Source: an uncultured delta proteobacterium
GTDB taxonomy: Bacteria; Myxococcota_A; UBA9160; UBA4427
Reading direction: 5' to 3'
DNA length: 64,000 bases
Assembly (NCBI GenBank): GCA_963822965.1
Contig: CAWGJT010000006.1
Span: forward strand, 352,001 to 416,000
Shown here: piece after piece, positions 9,336 through 20,328 of the stretch
Layout: each line of letters opens with the position of its first letter
How positions within the stretch are numbered: the stretch's first letter is position 1
Position numbers and translations under genes: made by a program
Notes under the pieces: generated by a model
What the model was told of the DNA's origin: nothing
Database searches by the model: none
What the model saw: only the letters and a program-made list of their open reading frames with translations

Positions 9336-10042
9336 CTGGCGCCCTCCGCGCGCAGACCCACCTCGCGAACCACCACCGCCGCCGCGTTGACCGCGAGGGC
9401 CAGCAGCAGCAGCACGAAGCCCAGGCCCAGGGCGAGGGCCAGGTCGCCCTTGCTCGTCTCGAGGGCGATGGCCGTGGTCATCACCCGGGTGGCGTGGGCG
9501 ATGTTGCCGCCCACGACGATCACCGCCCCCACCTCGCCGATGGCGCGGCCGAAGCCCGCCAGCACGGTGGTGAAGAGCCGGAAGCGGCCGTCCCACAGGA
9601 GCGTCGGCACGGCCCGCAGCGGTCCGGCCCCGAGCGAACGCAGCTGGTCGCGGTACTCCTCCCACAGATCCTCGACCACCTGCCGGGAGAGGGCCGCCAC
9701 GATGGGCGTCACGAGCACGAACTGGGCGATCACCATCGCGCGCGCGGTGAACAGCCAGCCGAGGGAGCCGAGTGGCCCCGAACGGGAGAGGAGCACGTAG
9801 ACGAGCAGGCCCACGACCACCGGCGGCAGGCCCATGGCCGCGTTCAGGGCCACCACCACCGCCGCGCGGCCCGGAAAGCGGGAGAGCGCCAGGACCGCGC
9901 CCGCCGGCAGCCCGACGCAGGACGCCAGCAGCAGCGCGCCGCCCGAGACGGCCAGGGAGAGCCGGATGATCTCGAGCAGCTCCGGGTCGCGCTCGACGAT
10001 CAAGCTGATCGCGGCGCCGAGGGCATCGAGGAGGCTGTGCAT
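9332..10042 (-). CDS. tupB: Tungstate ABC transporter permease
   Basis: GLPPVVVGL, GFGRAIGEVGA, GGNI...TRVMTTAIALETSKG. Confidence 0.88.
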   Translation of the reverse strand: MHSLLDALGAAISLIVERDPELLEIIRLSLAVSGGALLLASCVGLPAGAVLALSRFPGRAAVVVALNAAMGLPPVVVGLLVYVLLSRSGPLGSLGWLFTARAMVIAQFVLVTPIVAALSRQVVEDLWEEYRDQLRSLGAGPLRAVPTLLWDGRFRLFTTVLAGFGRAIGEVGAVIVVGGNIAHATRVMTTAIALETSKGDLALALGLGFVLLLLALAVNAAAVVVREVGLRAEGAR

Positions 10043-10086
10043 GGTGGGCCAGGACTGTCACCGCTCCCCCACTGGCCCGCAAGCTC

Positions 10087-11319
10087 TCAGCCGGCGGACG
10101 CGATCTCGTCCCGGGTCGGGATGCCGCGAACGTCACTGGACGCGAGATAGACGATGGCGGCGAAGCCCGAGACCGAGAAGGCGCCGATCGCCACGGCCGT
10201 GCCTGCGCCCAGCCACTCCGCGAGCGACGCGGCGACGAAGCCGCCCGCAGGCGCCAGGAACCACGTCAGCCCCCAGACGCCCATCACCCGTCCGCGCAGG
10301 TGGTCGGGAACCAGGAGCTGCAGGGTGGTCATGCCCAGGTTCAGATAGATGGAGGCGAAGAAGGCCCCGGCGAAGAGCAGCCCCATGGACAGCGGCAGGC
10401 TGCGGCTCGCCGAGAACGCGCCGACGCACAGGCCGAAGAGCACGGCACCGGCGATCATCACCGCCCCCGTGTGGCGCCCGGTGGAGAGACGGACGATCGA
10501 CAGGGTGCCGAGGAGCGCACCCACACCCGCCGCCGCCTCGAGCCAGCCGAACCCGGTGACGCCCACCTTCAGCAGGTCGTCCGCGAACACCGGCAGCAGC
10601 ACCACGTAGGAGCGCCCGAAGAGCGACGAGAAGAACGAGAGCCCGATGATCGCGAAGAAGAGCCGATTCGCGAGGATGTAGCGGACGCCCATCCAGGCGC
10701 CGTCCTCGTCCCCGGGCGTCCGGGCCCGCGCGAGCGGCGCGAGCTTCAGGCTGGCGATGAGCCCCGTCGAGATCGCGTAGCCGGCGGCGGTCACGAAGAG
10801 CGCCTGCCCGATTCCGACGGTGGCGATGACGAGACCCGCGAGTGCCGGCCCCACGATGCGCATGCCGTTCCACACCGCGGTGCCCAGGGCCACCGCGCTC
10901 GCCATCGCGTCGCGATGGACGAGCCGCGGCAGCAGCGCGTTCTGGGAGGGGTTCGTGAGGGCGGCGAGCGCGCCGCCCAGAGCGGCCCAGGCGACCACCA
11001 GGGCCAGGGTCACGCGGTCGCCGACCACGAGCACCGCCAGGGTCAGGTTCAGGGCGCACGTGGCCGCGCGGCCCCAGACCAGCAGCCGCTGCGGGTCGAC
11101 GCGGTCCGCCAGAGCCCCCGCCGGCACCATCAGCAGGATGGTGACCGCGGCGGACACGATGCCGGGAACCCCGAGCCAGAAGGGGGAGTCGGTGATCTGG
11201 TGCACCAGCCAGCCGCTCGCGATGAAGCGGAACTGCAGGCCGAAGACCAGCGCCACGCTCGCGAACCAGTAGCGGCGGAAGTCCGGGTACGAGAAGGCCC
11301 CGCGCGACGGTGAGGTCAT
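10087..11319 (-). CDS. MFS transporter
   Basis: About 12 hydrophobic segments, DFRRYW N-terminus, GALADR, LRGRVMG. Confidence 0.88.
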   Translation of the reverse strand: MTSPSRGAFSYPDFRRYWFASVALVFGLQFRFIASGWLVHQITDSPFWLGVPGIVSAAVTILLMVPAGALADRVDPQRLLVWGRAATCALNLTLAVLVVGDRVTLALVVAWAALGGALAALTNPSQNALLPRLVHRDAMASAVALGTAVWNGMRIVGPALAGLVIATVGIGQALFVTAAGYAISTGLIASLKLAPLARARTPGDEDGAWMGVRYILANRLFFAIIGLSFFSSLFGRSYVVLLPVFADDLLKVGVTGFGWLEAAAGVGALLGTLSIVRLSTGRHTGAVMIAGAVLFGLCVGAFSASRSLPLSMGLLFAGAFFASIYLNLGMTTLQLLVPDHLRGRVMGVWGLTWFLAPAGGFVAASLAEWLGAGTAVAIGAFSVSGFAAIVYLASSDVRGIPTRDEIASAG

Positions 11320-11329
11320 GCGGAGCGGA

Positions 11330-12730
11330 TCAGAGCAGCAGGTTCGCCGGGTCGGCCAGCGTCTGCACCAGGAAGCTCGTGAATCGCACCGCCGCGGCGC
11401 CGTCGATCACGCGGTGGTCGTAGGAGAGCGAGAGCGGCAGCACCAGCCGGGGCTCGAAGCGCCCGCCGGCTTCGGGCGAGATGTCGAGCCCCTTCGACCA
11501 GATCGGCTTCACCACCGTGCGGGACACGCCGAGCAGGGCCACCTCGGGCGCGTTCACGATGGGGGTGAAGGCGGTGCCGCCGATGCCGCCGAGGCTCGAG
11601 ATGGTGAAGCAGGCGCCCTGCATGTCGTCCGGGGAGAGCTTGCCCCCGCGCGCCCGTTCGGCGATCTCCGCCGTCTCCCGGGCCAGCTCGAGGATCCGCT
11701 TGCGGTCCACGTCCCGCACCACCGGCACGACGAGGCCGTTGTCCGTGTCCACCGCGACCCCGAGATGGAAGCTCTTCTTCAGGATCAGCGACTTGCCGTC
11801 GGGCGCGAGCGACGACGCGAACTCGGGATGGCGTCGCAGCGCCACCACCACCGCCTTCATGACGAAGACGAGTGGCGAGAGGCGAACGCCGTGGGCGGCG
11901 GCCGTCTCCGCCTTGCTCTTGCGATAGCTCTCGATCTCGGTGATGTCCGCCTCGTCGTGCTGGGTGACGTGCGGAAGGTTCAGCCAGCTGGCGGTGAGGT
12001 TCTGCCCGGCCCGCTGTCGGATGCGCGAGAGCGGCACGGCCTCGACCTCGCCATAGCGCGAGAAGTCGACCTTGCGCACCGGCGGAATGCCCGACCCGGC
12101 GGCGCCGCCCCCCCCCGCCAGCGCCTGTCTCACGTACTGCTTGACGTCTTCCACGAGCACCCGGCCGTGGGGCCCGCTGCCGGGGGTCTGGGTGAGGTCG
12201 ACCCCGAGATCCCGGGCCGTGTGGCGCACCAGCGGGCTGGCGTGCGGCAACACCTCGCCGCCTCCCCGCACCGGGGGAACCGGCGGCTCGGAGTGCGGCG
12301 CCTCGCCGGGCAGCTGATCCGCCGCCGGGTGCGGACCGGGCGCGGGCGCGCCGGGCGCGAGACGCGTCCCGGGCTCGGGCGCCAGGTCCGCGGTGGCGGT
12401 CGCTCCCGGGCTGGTGCGGGCGGGCGGCGGCTCCTCGTCGCTCGCCCGCGGCTCTTCGTCGGCCGGCGGCCCGGCCTCGTCGCGCCCGCCCTCGACCTCG
12501 AGGGTGAGCAGCATGGAGCCCTCGGAGACCCGGTCGCCCAGGTGCACGGACACCTCGGCGACGATACCCGCCTCGGGCGACGGAATCTCCATGGTCGCCT
12601 TGTCGCTCTCGAGGGTGACGAGCGAGTCCTCCACCGCCACCCGGTCCCCCTTGGCGACGAGCACCTCGATGACCTCGACGTCGTCGAAGTCCCCGATGTC
12701 CGGAACCTGAACCTGGATGGAGCGCGCCAA
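11330..12730 (-). CDS. aceF: Pyruvate dehydrogenase E2, dihydrolipoamide acetyltransferase (single lipoyl domain)
   Basis: Lipoyl ESDKA, E3-binding ASPLVR...GSGPHGRV, catalytic DHRVIDGA. Confidence 0.95.
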   Translation of the reverse strand: MARSIQVQVPDIGDFDDVEVIEVLVAKGDRVAVEDSLVTLESDKATMEIPSPEAGIVAEVSVHLGDRVSEGSMLLTLEVEGGRDEAGPPADEEPRASDEEPPPARTSPGATATADLAPEPGTRLAPGAPAPGPHPAADQLPGEAPHSEPPVPPVRGGGEVLPHASPLVRHTARDLGVDLTQTPGSGPHGRVLVEDVKQYVRQALAGGGGAAGSGIPPVRKVDFSRYGEVEAVPLSRIRQRAGQNLTASWLNLPHVTQHDEADITEIESYRKSKAETAAAHGVRLSPLVFVMKAVVVALRRHPEFASSLAPDGKSLILKKSFHLGVAVDTDNGLVVPVVRDVDRKRILELARETAEIAERARGGKLSPDDMQGACFTISSLGGIGGTAFTPIVNAPEVALLGVSRTVVKPIWSKGLDISPEAGGRFEPRLVLPLSLSYDHRVIDGAAAVRFTSFLVQTLADPANLLL

Positions 12731-12752
12731 ACGCGTCCTCCGAAAGGGCTGG

Positions 12753-15411
12753 CTAGAGGGTCGCCGGGTTGGGCTTCTCGGGGTCGATGCCGTACTTGCG
12801 GATGGCCTCGACGACCCGCGAGCTCTCGACGGTGCCGTCCTCGGAGAGGGCCCACAGCGCCGCCGTGCAGACGTAGAAGCGGTCTACCTCGAAGTGGTGA
12901 CGCAGCTTCTCGCGGCCGTCGCTGCGCCCGAAGCCGTCGGTCCCCAGCACGCGGTAGCGCGCCCGCACGAAGGGCCGGATCTGGTCCGCGAAGGCGCGCA
13001 TGTAGTCGCTGACCGCCACCACCGGCCCCTCGCGTCGCGAGAGCTGTCGCTCCACGTACGAGAGCCGGGGCTCCTCCTCGGGATGGAGCATGTTCCAGCG
13101 CTCCGCGGCCAGGCCGTCGCGCCGCAGCTCGGTGAAGCTCGTGACGCTGAACACGTCCGCCGCCACGCCGAAGTCCTGCTCGAGCATGTCGGCCGCCGCC
13201 AGCACCTCGCGCAGGATCGTGCCGCTCCCGAGCAGCTGCACGCGCGGAGCCTTCGCCATGGCCGACTCGCGCACGAGGTACATGCCCTTGAGGATGCCGG
13301 GCTCGCAGCCCTCGGGCATCGCCGGCTGCAGGTACTTCTCGTTCATCACGGTGAGGTAGTAGAAGACGTCTTCCTGCTCGCCCACCATGCGACGCAGCCC
13401 GTCCTGGATGATGACCGCGAGCTCGTACGCGTAGGCCGGGTCCCAGCTCACGCAGTTCGGGATCGTCGCCGACAGCAGGTGGCTGTGGCCGTCCTGGTGC
13501 TGCAGGCCCTCACCGGCCAGGGTCGTCCGCCCGGCGGTGCCCCCCAGCAGGAAGCCCCGGGCCTTCATGTCCCCGGCCGCCCAGCACAGATCGTGCACGC
13601 GTTGGAATCCGAACATCGAGTAGTAGAAGTAGAAGGGCACCATGTTGATGCCGCTCGACGCGTAGGAGGTGCCCGCGGCGATCCAAGACGCCATGGCGCC
13701 GGCCTCGTTGATGCCCTCCTCGAGGATCTGGCCCTTCTTGTCCTCGCGGTAGTAGGAGACCTGGTCGACGTCCACCGGCTCGTAGAGCTGGCCGACGGAG
13801 GAGTAGATGCCGAGCCGGCGGAACATGCCCTCCATGCCGAAGGTGCGCGCCTCGTCGGGGACGATGGGCACGACGCTCGGGCCGATCTTCTTGTCGCGGG
13901 TGAGCAGCTGCAGGATGCGGACGGCGGCCATGGTGGTCGCGATCTCGCGGTCGCCGCTGCCCTCGGTGAGCGGCTGGAAGAGCTCGAGCCCGGGCACCTC
14001 GAGCGGAGGGGCGTCGGTGCGACGCACCGGCAGGTAGCCGCCCAGGGCGCGGCGGCGCTCGTGCAGGTAGCGGATCTCCGGACCGTCGGGATCCGGCATG
14101 TAGAACGGCGCCTCGGCGATCTCGTCGTCCGACACCGGGATGTTGAAGCGGTCCCGGAAGGCCTTCAGCGCCTCCTGCGCCATGTCGTGCTGCTGGTGGG
14201 TGATGTTCTGGCCTTCGCCCGCCTCACCCATGCCGTAGCCCTTGACGGTCTTCGCCAGGATGACGGTGGGCTGTCCCCGGTGCTCGACGGCGGCCGCATA
14301 GGCGGCGTACATCTTGTGGGGATCGTGGCCGCCGCGGTTGAGCCGCCAGATGTCGTCGTCGGAGAGGTTCGCGACCATGGCGCGCAGCTCGGGGTATTTT
14401 CCGAAGAAGTGCTCGCGCGTGTAGGCGCCGCCACGAGACTTGTAGTTCTGGTACTCGCCGTCGCAGGCCTCCTCCATGCGCTTGCGCAGGAGACCGTCCT
14501 TGTCCTTGGCGAGCAGGGGATCCCAGTAGCTGCCCCAGATCACCTTGATGACGTTCCACCCGTCGCCGCGGAAGTTCGCCTCGAGCTCCTGGATGATCTT
14601 GCCGTTGCCGCGAACCGGTCCGTCGAGCCGCTGCAGGTTGCAGTTCACCACGAAGATCAGGTTGTCGAGCTTCTCCCGTCCGGCCAGCGAGAGGGCGCCC
14701 AGGCTCTCGGGCTCGTCCGTCTCGCCGTCCCCCACGAAGCACCACACCTTGCGGTCCTGGGCCGGCAGGATCTCGCGGTCCTGCAGGTACTTGATGAAGC
14801 GGGCCTGGTAGATGGCCATGATCGGGCCGAGGCCCATGGACACCGTCGGGAACTGCCAGAAGTCGGGCATCAGCCGCGGATGCGGATACGAGGGAAGCCC
14901 GCCGCCGCCGACCTCCTGGCGGAACTTGTGCAGCTGCTCTTCGCGGATGCGGCCCTCGAGGAAGGCGCGAGCGTAGATGCCGGGCGCCGAGTGCCCCTGG
15001 ATGTAGAGGAGGTCGCCGCCGAAATCCGGGGTGGGCGCCCGGAAGAAGTGGTTGAAGCCCACGTCGTAGAGCGTCGCGGCGGAGGCGAAGCTCGAGATGT
15101 GGCCGCCGAGGGCTCGGATCCACCCGGTTGGCCTGCACCACCATCGCCATGGCGTTCCAGCGGATGATGGAGCGGATGCGGTGCTCGATGGCGTGATCGC
15201 CCGGGCTGCGCTTCTCCTGGGTCTCGGGGATCGTGTTCAGGTAGGCGGTGTTGGCGCTGTAGGGCAGGTACGCGCCCTTGCGGCGGGCGCGCCGGATGAG
15301 GCGTCCGACGAGGTAGTGGGCGCGCTCGGGCCCCTCGTGCTCGAAGACCGAGTCGAGGGCGTCGAGCCACTCGCGGGTTTCCTGGGGATCGGGGTCAGGC
15401 TGCAGGGGCAC
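12753..15411 (-). CDS. aceE: Pyruvate dehydrogenase E1, homodimeric type; apparent 1-nt insertion near 15110-15112
   Basis: N-terminus DPDPQETREWLDAL...RWNAMAMV in one frame, body (QGHSAPG, TVSMGLGP, GDGETDE, EGLQHQDG) in another; deleting one G restores NRVDPSLGGHISS. Confidence 0.93.
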
Positions 15412-15585
15412 GCGTCGACCTCGCGGGAATGGGACCAACCGCCCCACGATAGCAGGCCCCTCCCCTCCCCCTCGGGCAAATCGGAGACGGCGGCGAGCGG
15501 TTCTCCGCTCTGGGCCTACGCGGGGCTGGCAGGCCGACCCAGGATGGGTCGGCTTGCGCCGCAGACGGTCCTGCGGATTCGTCGG

Positions 15586-16290
15586 CTAGTCGCGGCTGCC
15601 GAGGAAGATCCGCAGCACGTACCAGAACATCAGCGCCACCGAGGCGAAGAGCTGCAGCGCCGCGGCCACGTAGCGGTCTTCCGGGTAGTGGTGGAGGACG
15701 TTCGAGGTGTCGTAGAGGATGGCCGCCCCCGCGAATCCGATCATCGCCACCGAGAACCAGGTGCCGAGCTGGAATCCGAACAGCACCGCGGCCACGATCG
15801 CCACGACGGCCAGAACCCCCGCATAGCGAAGCCCGGCCCCCAGGAAGGAGAAGTCCTTGCGGGTGGTGAAGGCCACCGCCGTGAGACCGCCGAAGCCCAG
15901 CAGGGTCACCAGGGCGGCGCTCTGGATCACGCCGTTGGCGTACGTGTTGGCGATGTACAGCATGGGAACGAAGAGCACCGCATACGCCAGCACCACGGCG
16001 AAGAGCGCCGCGTACTGTGCCGGCTTCGACTCGGACGTCTGGGCCGCCCGCGTGGCGAGCCAGGTGACGATCATGAAGCCGCCGAGGACGAGCAGCCACG
16101 ACGAGCTCATCATGGCGGCGGCCATCGGCTCGGCCAGGCCCGTGTTGAAGAACCAGATCTCCAGCAGGGTGAAGAGGACGATCGAGCCCATCAGGTGGTT
16201 GTAGGTGCGGGTGATGAACTGCGCGCGGGTCTCGACGCTGGACTGGCCGACGGGCACGTACGCCCGGGGCATCTCGGTCGGTGAGCTCAT
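15586..16290 (-). CDS. Bax inhibitor-1/YccA family membrane protein
   Basis: FITRTYNHL, RKDFSFLG, ILYDTSNV, AALQLF; AGGAGG RBS before ATG 16290. Confidence 0.9.
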   Translation of the reverse strand: MSSPTEMPRAYVPVGQSSVETRAQFITRTYNHLMGSIVLFTLLEIWFFNTGLAEPMAAAMMSSSWLLVLGGFMIVTWLATRAAQTSESKPAQYAALFAVVLAYAVLFVPMLYIANTYANGVIQSAALVTLLGFGGLTAVAFTTRKDFSFLGAGLRYAGVLAVVAIVAAVLFGFQLGTWFSVAMIGFAGAAILYDTSNVLHHYPEDRYVAAALQLFASVALMFWYVLRIFLGSRD

Positions 16291-16503
16291 GCTTCGTCCT
16301 CCTGCGGGGTCGCGGACGCCTCGACGATTCCTTTCCGTCGAGAGGCTCGCACCGGACCCGTGGTTCCCCACGGTCGCCCCATCGTCGGACGTATGGGCCT
16401 CCTGTCAACCGCACACCCCGGGGGATCGTGTGCCGGCTCCCGACCGTGTGCCATGCTGGCGCGGGCTCGCGCAGGTCCGCGCGCGCCGACCCGGAGGTTT
16501 CTC

Positions 16504-17019
16504 ATGCCCCTGCGAATCGCCTTCCGACGCTTCCGACGGGAAGCCCTGGCGCTCCTGGCCGCGGGCGCGCTCGGGGCCGCGGGTGCTGCCTTCGCGGCGG
16601 GCAGCCCATCGGCGGGCAAGTCGAAGGACGAGGCACGGCCGTCCGGCTACGAGGCCGGTGTGGCGCTGCTCGACGCGGGACGCTTCGAGCAGGCCCGCCA
16701 GAAGCTCGAGACCGCCGCGCGAGAGAGCCCCCGCGACCCCGACGTGCTGAACATGCTGGCCTACAGCCAACGGAAGTCCGGACAGCTCGACCGCGCCATC
16801 GCCACCTACAAGCGCGCGCTCAGCCTGCGACCGCGCTTCCCCCAGGCCCGCGAGTACCTGGGTGAGGCCTATCTGCAGGCCAGCCTGCGCGAGCTCGAGA
16901 CCCTCGAAGGCTACGGGCCCGCGGCGAAGGACGAGCGGGCCCGGCTGATCCACGCCGTGCGCGCTGCGGCCACGGATCTCCCGCCGCAGCCGGAAATCGC
17001 CGGCAAGCCCGCCTGGTAG
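16504..17019 (+). CDS. Secreted tetratricopeptide repeat protein
   Basis: Signal peptide; TPR pattern DVLNMLAYSQRKSG...YKRALSLRPRFPQAREYLGEAY. Confidence 0.75.
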   Translation: MPLRIAFRRFRREALALLAAGALGAAGAAFAAGSPSAGKSKDEARPSGYEAGVALLDAGRFEQARQKLETAARESPRDPDVLNMLAYSQRKSGQLDRAIATYKRALSLRPRFPQAREYLGEAYLQASLRELETLEGYGPAAKDERARLIHAVRAAATDLPPQPEIAGKPAW

Positions 17020-17114
17020 TCGGCCGATACGGAGGCGACGAGCCCCCCTCCCCAGCGCCCCCCATCGAGCCCATCGGCCCAACGACGAGGACCCCCTCGC
17101 AACAGCCCCCTGAG

Positions 17115-18500
17115 GTGACCTTGGCCGGCTACCGGACCTCGCCCGTCCCGACCCCGCGAATGCCCGGCGGCATTCCGTTCATCGTCTCGAACGAGGCCGC
17201 GGAGCGCTTCTCGTTCTACGGCATGAAGGCGATCCTCGTCGTCTTCATGACCCAGTACCTCGTCGCGCGCAGCGGCGAGCTGGCCGTGATGGGAGAGGAG
17301 GACGCCAAGGGCTGGTACCACCTCTTCGTGGCGGCGGTCTACTTCACGCCGCTCCTGGGCGCCCTGCTCTCGGACGTCCTCTTCGGCAAGTACCCCACGA
17401 TCCTGTCCCTCTCGCTCGTCTACTGCCTGGGCCATCTCACCCTGGCGATCGACGACACCCGCTTCGGCCTGGCCCTCGGTCTCGGGCTCATCGCCCTCGG
17501 CTCCGGCGGCATCAAGCCCTGCGTGTCCGCCCACGTGGGCGACCAGTTCGGTCACAGCAACGCCCACCTGCTGGAGCGGGCCTTCTCGTTCTTCTACTTC
17601 GCGATCAATCTCGGCGCGGGCGCCTCGATGGCGCTCACCCCGATCCTGCTCGACCGCTTCGGCCCCCACGTGGCGTTCGGGGTGCCGGGCGCGCTCATGC
17701 TCCTCGCCACCTGGGCCTTCTGGCTCGGCCGCTGGAAGTTCGTCCACGTGCCGCCGGACGGACCCCGCTTCGTCGCCGAGGCCACCAGCCGCGAAGGCCT
17801 CACCGCGCTGGGGCGGCTCGCCGTCATCTTCGCCTTCGTCACCATGTTCTGGGCCCTCTTCGACCAGACCGGCTCGTCGTGGATCCTGCAGGCCGAGAAG
17901 ATGGACCGACACTTCCTGGGACACGAATGGCTGTCCTCCCAGATCCAGGCCATCAACCCCATCCTGGTGATGGCCATGATTCCCGTCTTCAGCTTCTGGG
18001 TGTATCCGGCGATGCGTCGCGTGGCGCCCCTCACCCCGCTGCGCAAGATCGGCGTGGGATTCTTCGTGCTCGTGGCGGCGTTCCTCGTGACCGCGTTCGT
18101 CGAGCAACGGATCCAGGCGGGCCAGACGCCGAGCATCGCCTGGCAGCTTCTCGCCTACGTGATCCTGACCGCGTCCGAGGTGATGGTCTCGATCACCTGC
18201 CTCGAGTTCGCATACACCCAGGCGCCGAAGGCCCTGAAGTCGCTGGTGATGGCGCTCTTCCTCCTCTCCATCTCGGCCGGGAACCTCTTCACCTCGGCGG
18301 TCAACTTCCTGATCCGCAATCCGGACGGCTCCTCGAAGCTCGAGGGCCCGAGCTACTACCTCTTCTTCGCGGGCCTGATGACCCTCACCGCGCTGGCGTT
18401 CATCCCCGTCGCCATGCGCTACCGCGAGCGCACCTACATCCAGGGAGAGACCCGGGAGGACGAAGCCGAAGCCACCGCCGAGGCGGTGGCCGCGGGATAG
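17115..18500 (+). CDS. POT/PTR2 family proton-dependent oligopeptide transporter
   Basis: NEAAERFSFYGM motif, GSGGIKPCVS, FYFAINLG, EFAYTQAP; start may be ATG 17160. Confidence 0.93.
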   Translation: MTLAGYRTSPVPTPRMPGGIPFIVSNEAAERFSFYGMKAILVVFMTQYLVARSGELAVMGEEDAKGWYHLFVAAVYFTPLLGALLSDVLFGKYPTILSLSLVYCLGHLTLAIDDTRFGLALGLGLIALGSGGIKPCVSAHVGDQFGHSNAHLLERAFSFFYFAINLGAGASMALTPILLDRFGPHVAFGVPGALMLLATWAFWLGRWKFVHVPPDGPRFVAEATSREGLTALGRLAVIFAFVTMFWALFDQTGSSWILQAEKMDRHFLGHEWLSSQIQAINPILVMAMIPVFSFWVYPAMRRVAPLTPLRKIGVGFFVLVAAFLVTAFVEQRIQAGQTPSIAWQLLAYVILTASEVMVSITCLEFAYTQAPKALKSLVMALFLLSISAGNLFTSAVNFLIRNPDGSSKLEGPSYYLFFAGLMTLTALAFIPVAMRYRERTYIQGETREDEAEATAEAVAAG

Positions 18501-18575
18501 GCCGCCCTCCCGGCGACGCGCATCGCGTTCGCGGCCGGAGCCCGGGCGCGTGCGGACCCGGAGAAGGGGGAGAGC

Positions 18576-19379
18576 TCACGCGACCGCTGGCAGCGGGCGC
18601 CGAAGCCCTCCCCTTCCGCGTGCGAGCGCCGTCTGGACCACGTGAAGCGCCGACCCCACCAGGTACAGCGCGGGGGAGAAGACGATCTCGAAGGCGAGGG
18701 GCGGCAGGCTCGAGCGCCAGACCACCACGCCGGCGCACGCGAGCGCGACCGGCACGTGCGACCACACGATCGCCCGCCGGATGGCCGCGCCCGCCGCGGG
18801 ATCCCGGCTCGCCGCCATGCGATCGCGCAGGAACACGAGCCACTGGAAGATGTGGTAGAGCGTGGAGGCCGCGAAGACGTCGGCGAACGTCACCCCGACT
18901 CGCTGCAGCGCGACGACGGCGGCCATCACGAGCACCATGCCGACGATCGTGCGGAAGTACGTGTCTCGCGGGATGCGCCCCAGGGCGAGCCCGCGTCCAT
19001 AGGCGCCGGTCACGGCGATGTCGTTCTCGACGGTGTGCCAGACCGAGAGCGCGAGAAGCGGGCTGGTCGCGATCAGGAAGTCGTCGACCGCCAGCCAATC
19101 GAGCGCGGCGAAGTACGCAGCGAACGCCGCCGCGACGGAGACGAAGCCGAGCCCCATCCACAGCCGGCGGGACGCCTGCGCCGGTCGAGGGCACCCCGCA
19201 CGCCGTCCGACCCACGCGGCGCCGATCAGATGGGCGTAGCCCAGGGCGAGGACGAACACGTACAGCGCGCTGGCCCGCTCCTGCGCGTCGGGCCAGAGCG
19301 CGGCGAACGAGGCGAGGGCCGCGAGCACGAGCAGCGTCGTCGTGATTCGATTGGAGCGGGCCGTTCCCGAGACCCTCAC
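18576..19379 (-). CDS. Hypothetical polytopic membrane protein with His motifs
   Basis: About 7-8 hydrophobic helices; GYAH, WHTVEND, YHIFQW; start uncertain. Confidence 0.6.
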   Translation of the reverse strand: MRVSGTARSNRITTTLLVLAALASFAALWPDAQERASALYVFVLALGYAHLIGAAWVGRRAGCPRPAQASRRLWMGLGFVSVAAAFAAYFAALDWLAVDDFLIATSPLLALSVWHTVENDIAVTGAYGRGLALGRIPRDTYFRTIVGMVLVMAAVVALQRVGVTFADVFAASTLYHIFQWLVFLRDRMAASRDPAAGAAIRRAIVWSHVPVALACAGVVVWRSSLPPLAFEIVFSPALYLVGSALHVVQTALARGRGGLRRPLPAVA

Positions 19380-19477
19380 CGCGGCCGGGACCTCGCTGCC
19401 CGCACGGCGCCCCGCCCGCTCGACGACCCGGACGTGCGGGGCTCCCGGAAGCCGAGCGGGATCGTCGGCGAACCCAT

Positions 19478-20236
19478 CTATGCCGGGCGCGCGCCGGCGC
19501 AGATCGGGACGAGCTCCGAGAGGGCCCGGATCTCGTAGTCGGCGGTGGCCGCGTCGCCGAACTGTCCGGGCGGCCCGGCGCCGGGCTCGAGGATCAAGGC
19601 GGTCCGCATGCCCATCGCCCGGGCGCCCGCGATGTCGTGCACCGGAGAGTCGCCGACGAAGAGCACGTCGGCCGGGTCGCAGCCCGCCTTCTCGAGCGCA
19701 TAGACGAAGAAGCGCGAATCCGGCTTGCACGAGCGCGCCTCCTCGGAGCTCGTCCAGTGCTCGAGCCGCGAGGCGAGCCGGGCGCGCTCCACCATCGGGT
19801 GCAGGTAGTCGTCGTCGATGTTCGAGACGATGTGGAGGGAGAGCCCCGCCTCGCGCAGCGCGTCGAGGGTCTCGAGGCAGTCGGCGCGCAGCTCGAAGTG
19901 CTCGAGCAGCGTGCTCCGCTGCAGGTCGTAGAACCATGCGAGGAAGGCTTCGTCGGCCTCGGCTCCGAGCTCGCGAGCGAAGAAGCGGAACGTGTCGAGG
20001 AAGAGATCGCGGTGGAGATAGAAGGGACGATCGTTGTAGCGGCGGAACGCCTCGCCGCTCGCCTTGCCGTAGGCCTGCGCGATGACCCGACGGTCCACCT
20101 CCACTCCGAGGCGCGCGGCGGCCTGGGCGAAGATGGGGCCGCCGGCGCCGACGCCGCGCATGGCGTCCTGGAAGGACGCGTAGCTGAACAGCGTTCCACC
20201 AAAATCGAAGAAGACCGCCTGGAAGGGTCTGGTCAC
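19478..20236 (-). CDS. HAD superfamily hydrolase
   Basis: FFDFGGTL motif I, VSN, KPD, FVGDSPVHDIAGA. Confidence 0.9.
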   Translation of the reverse strand: MTRPFQAVFFDFGGTLFSYASFQDAMRGVGAGGPIFAQAAARLGVEVDRRVIAQAYGKASGEAFRRYNDRPFYLHRDLFLDTFRFFARELGAEADEAFLAWFYDLQRSTLLEHFELRADCLETLDALREAGLSLHIVSNIDDDYLHPMVERARLASRLEHWTSSEEARSCKPDSRFFVYALEKAGCDPADVLFVGDSPVHDIAGARAMGMRTALILEPGAGPPGQFGDAATADYEIRALSELVPICAGARPA

Positions 20237-20328
20237 CCACTCGCTCCCACTCGTCGCGCATCGTATAGTGGTCCCCCGGCCGGCGGTCAAACCCGGGTCC
20301 CGCACAGCCATACAGGAGCGAACGAGCC

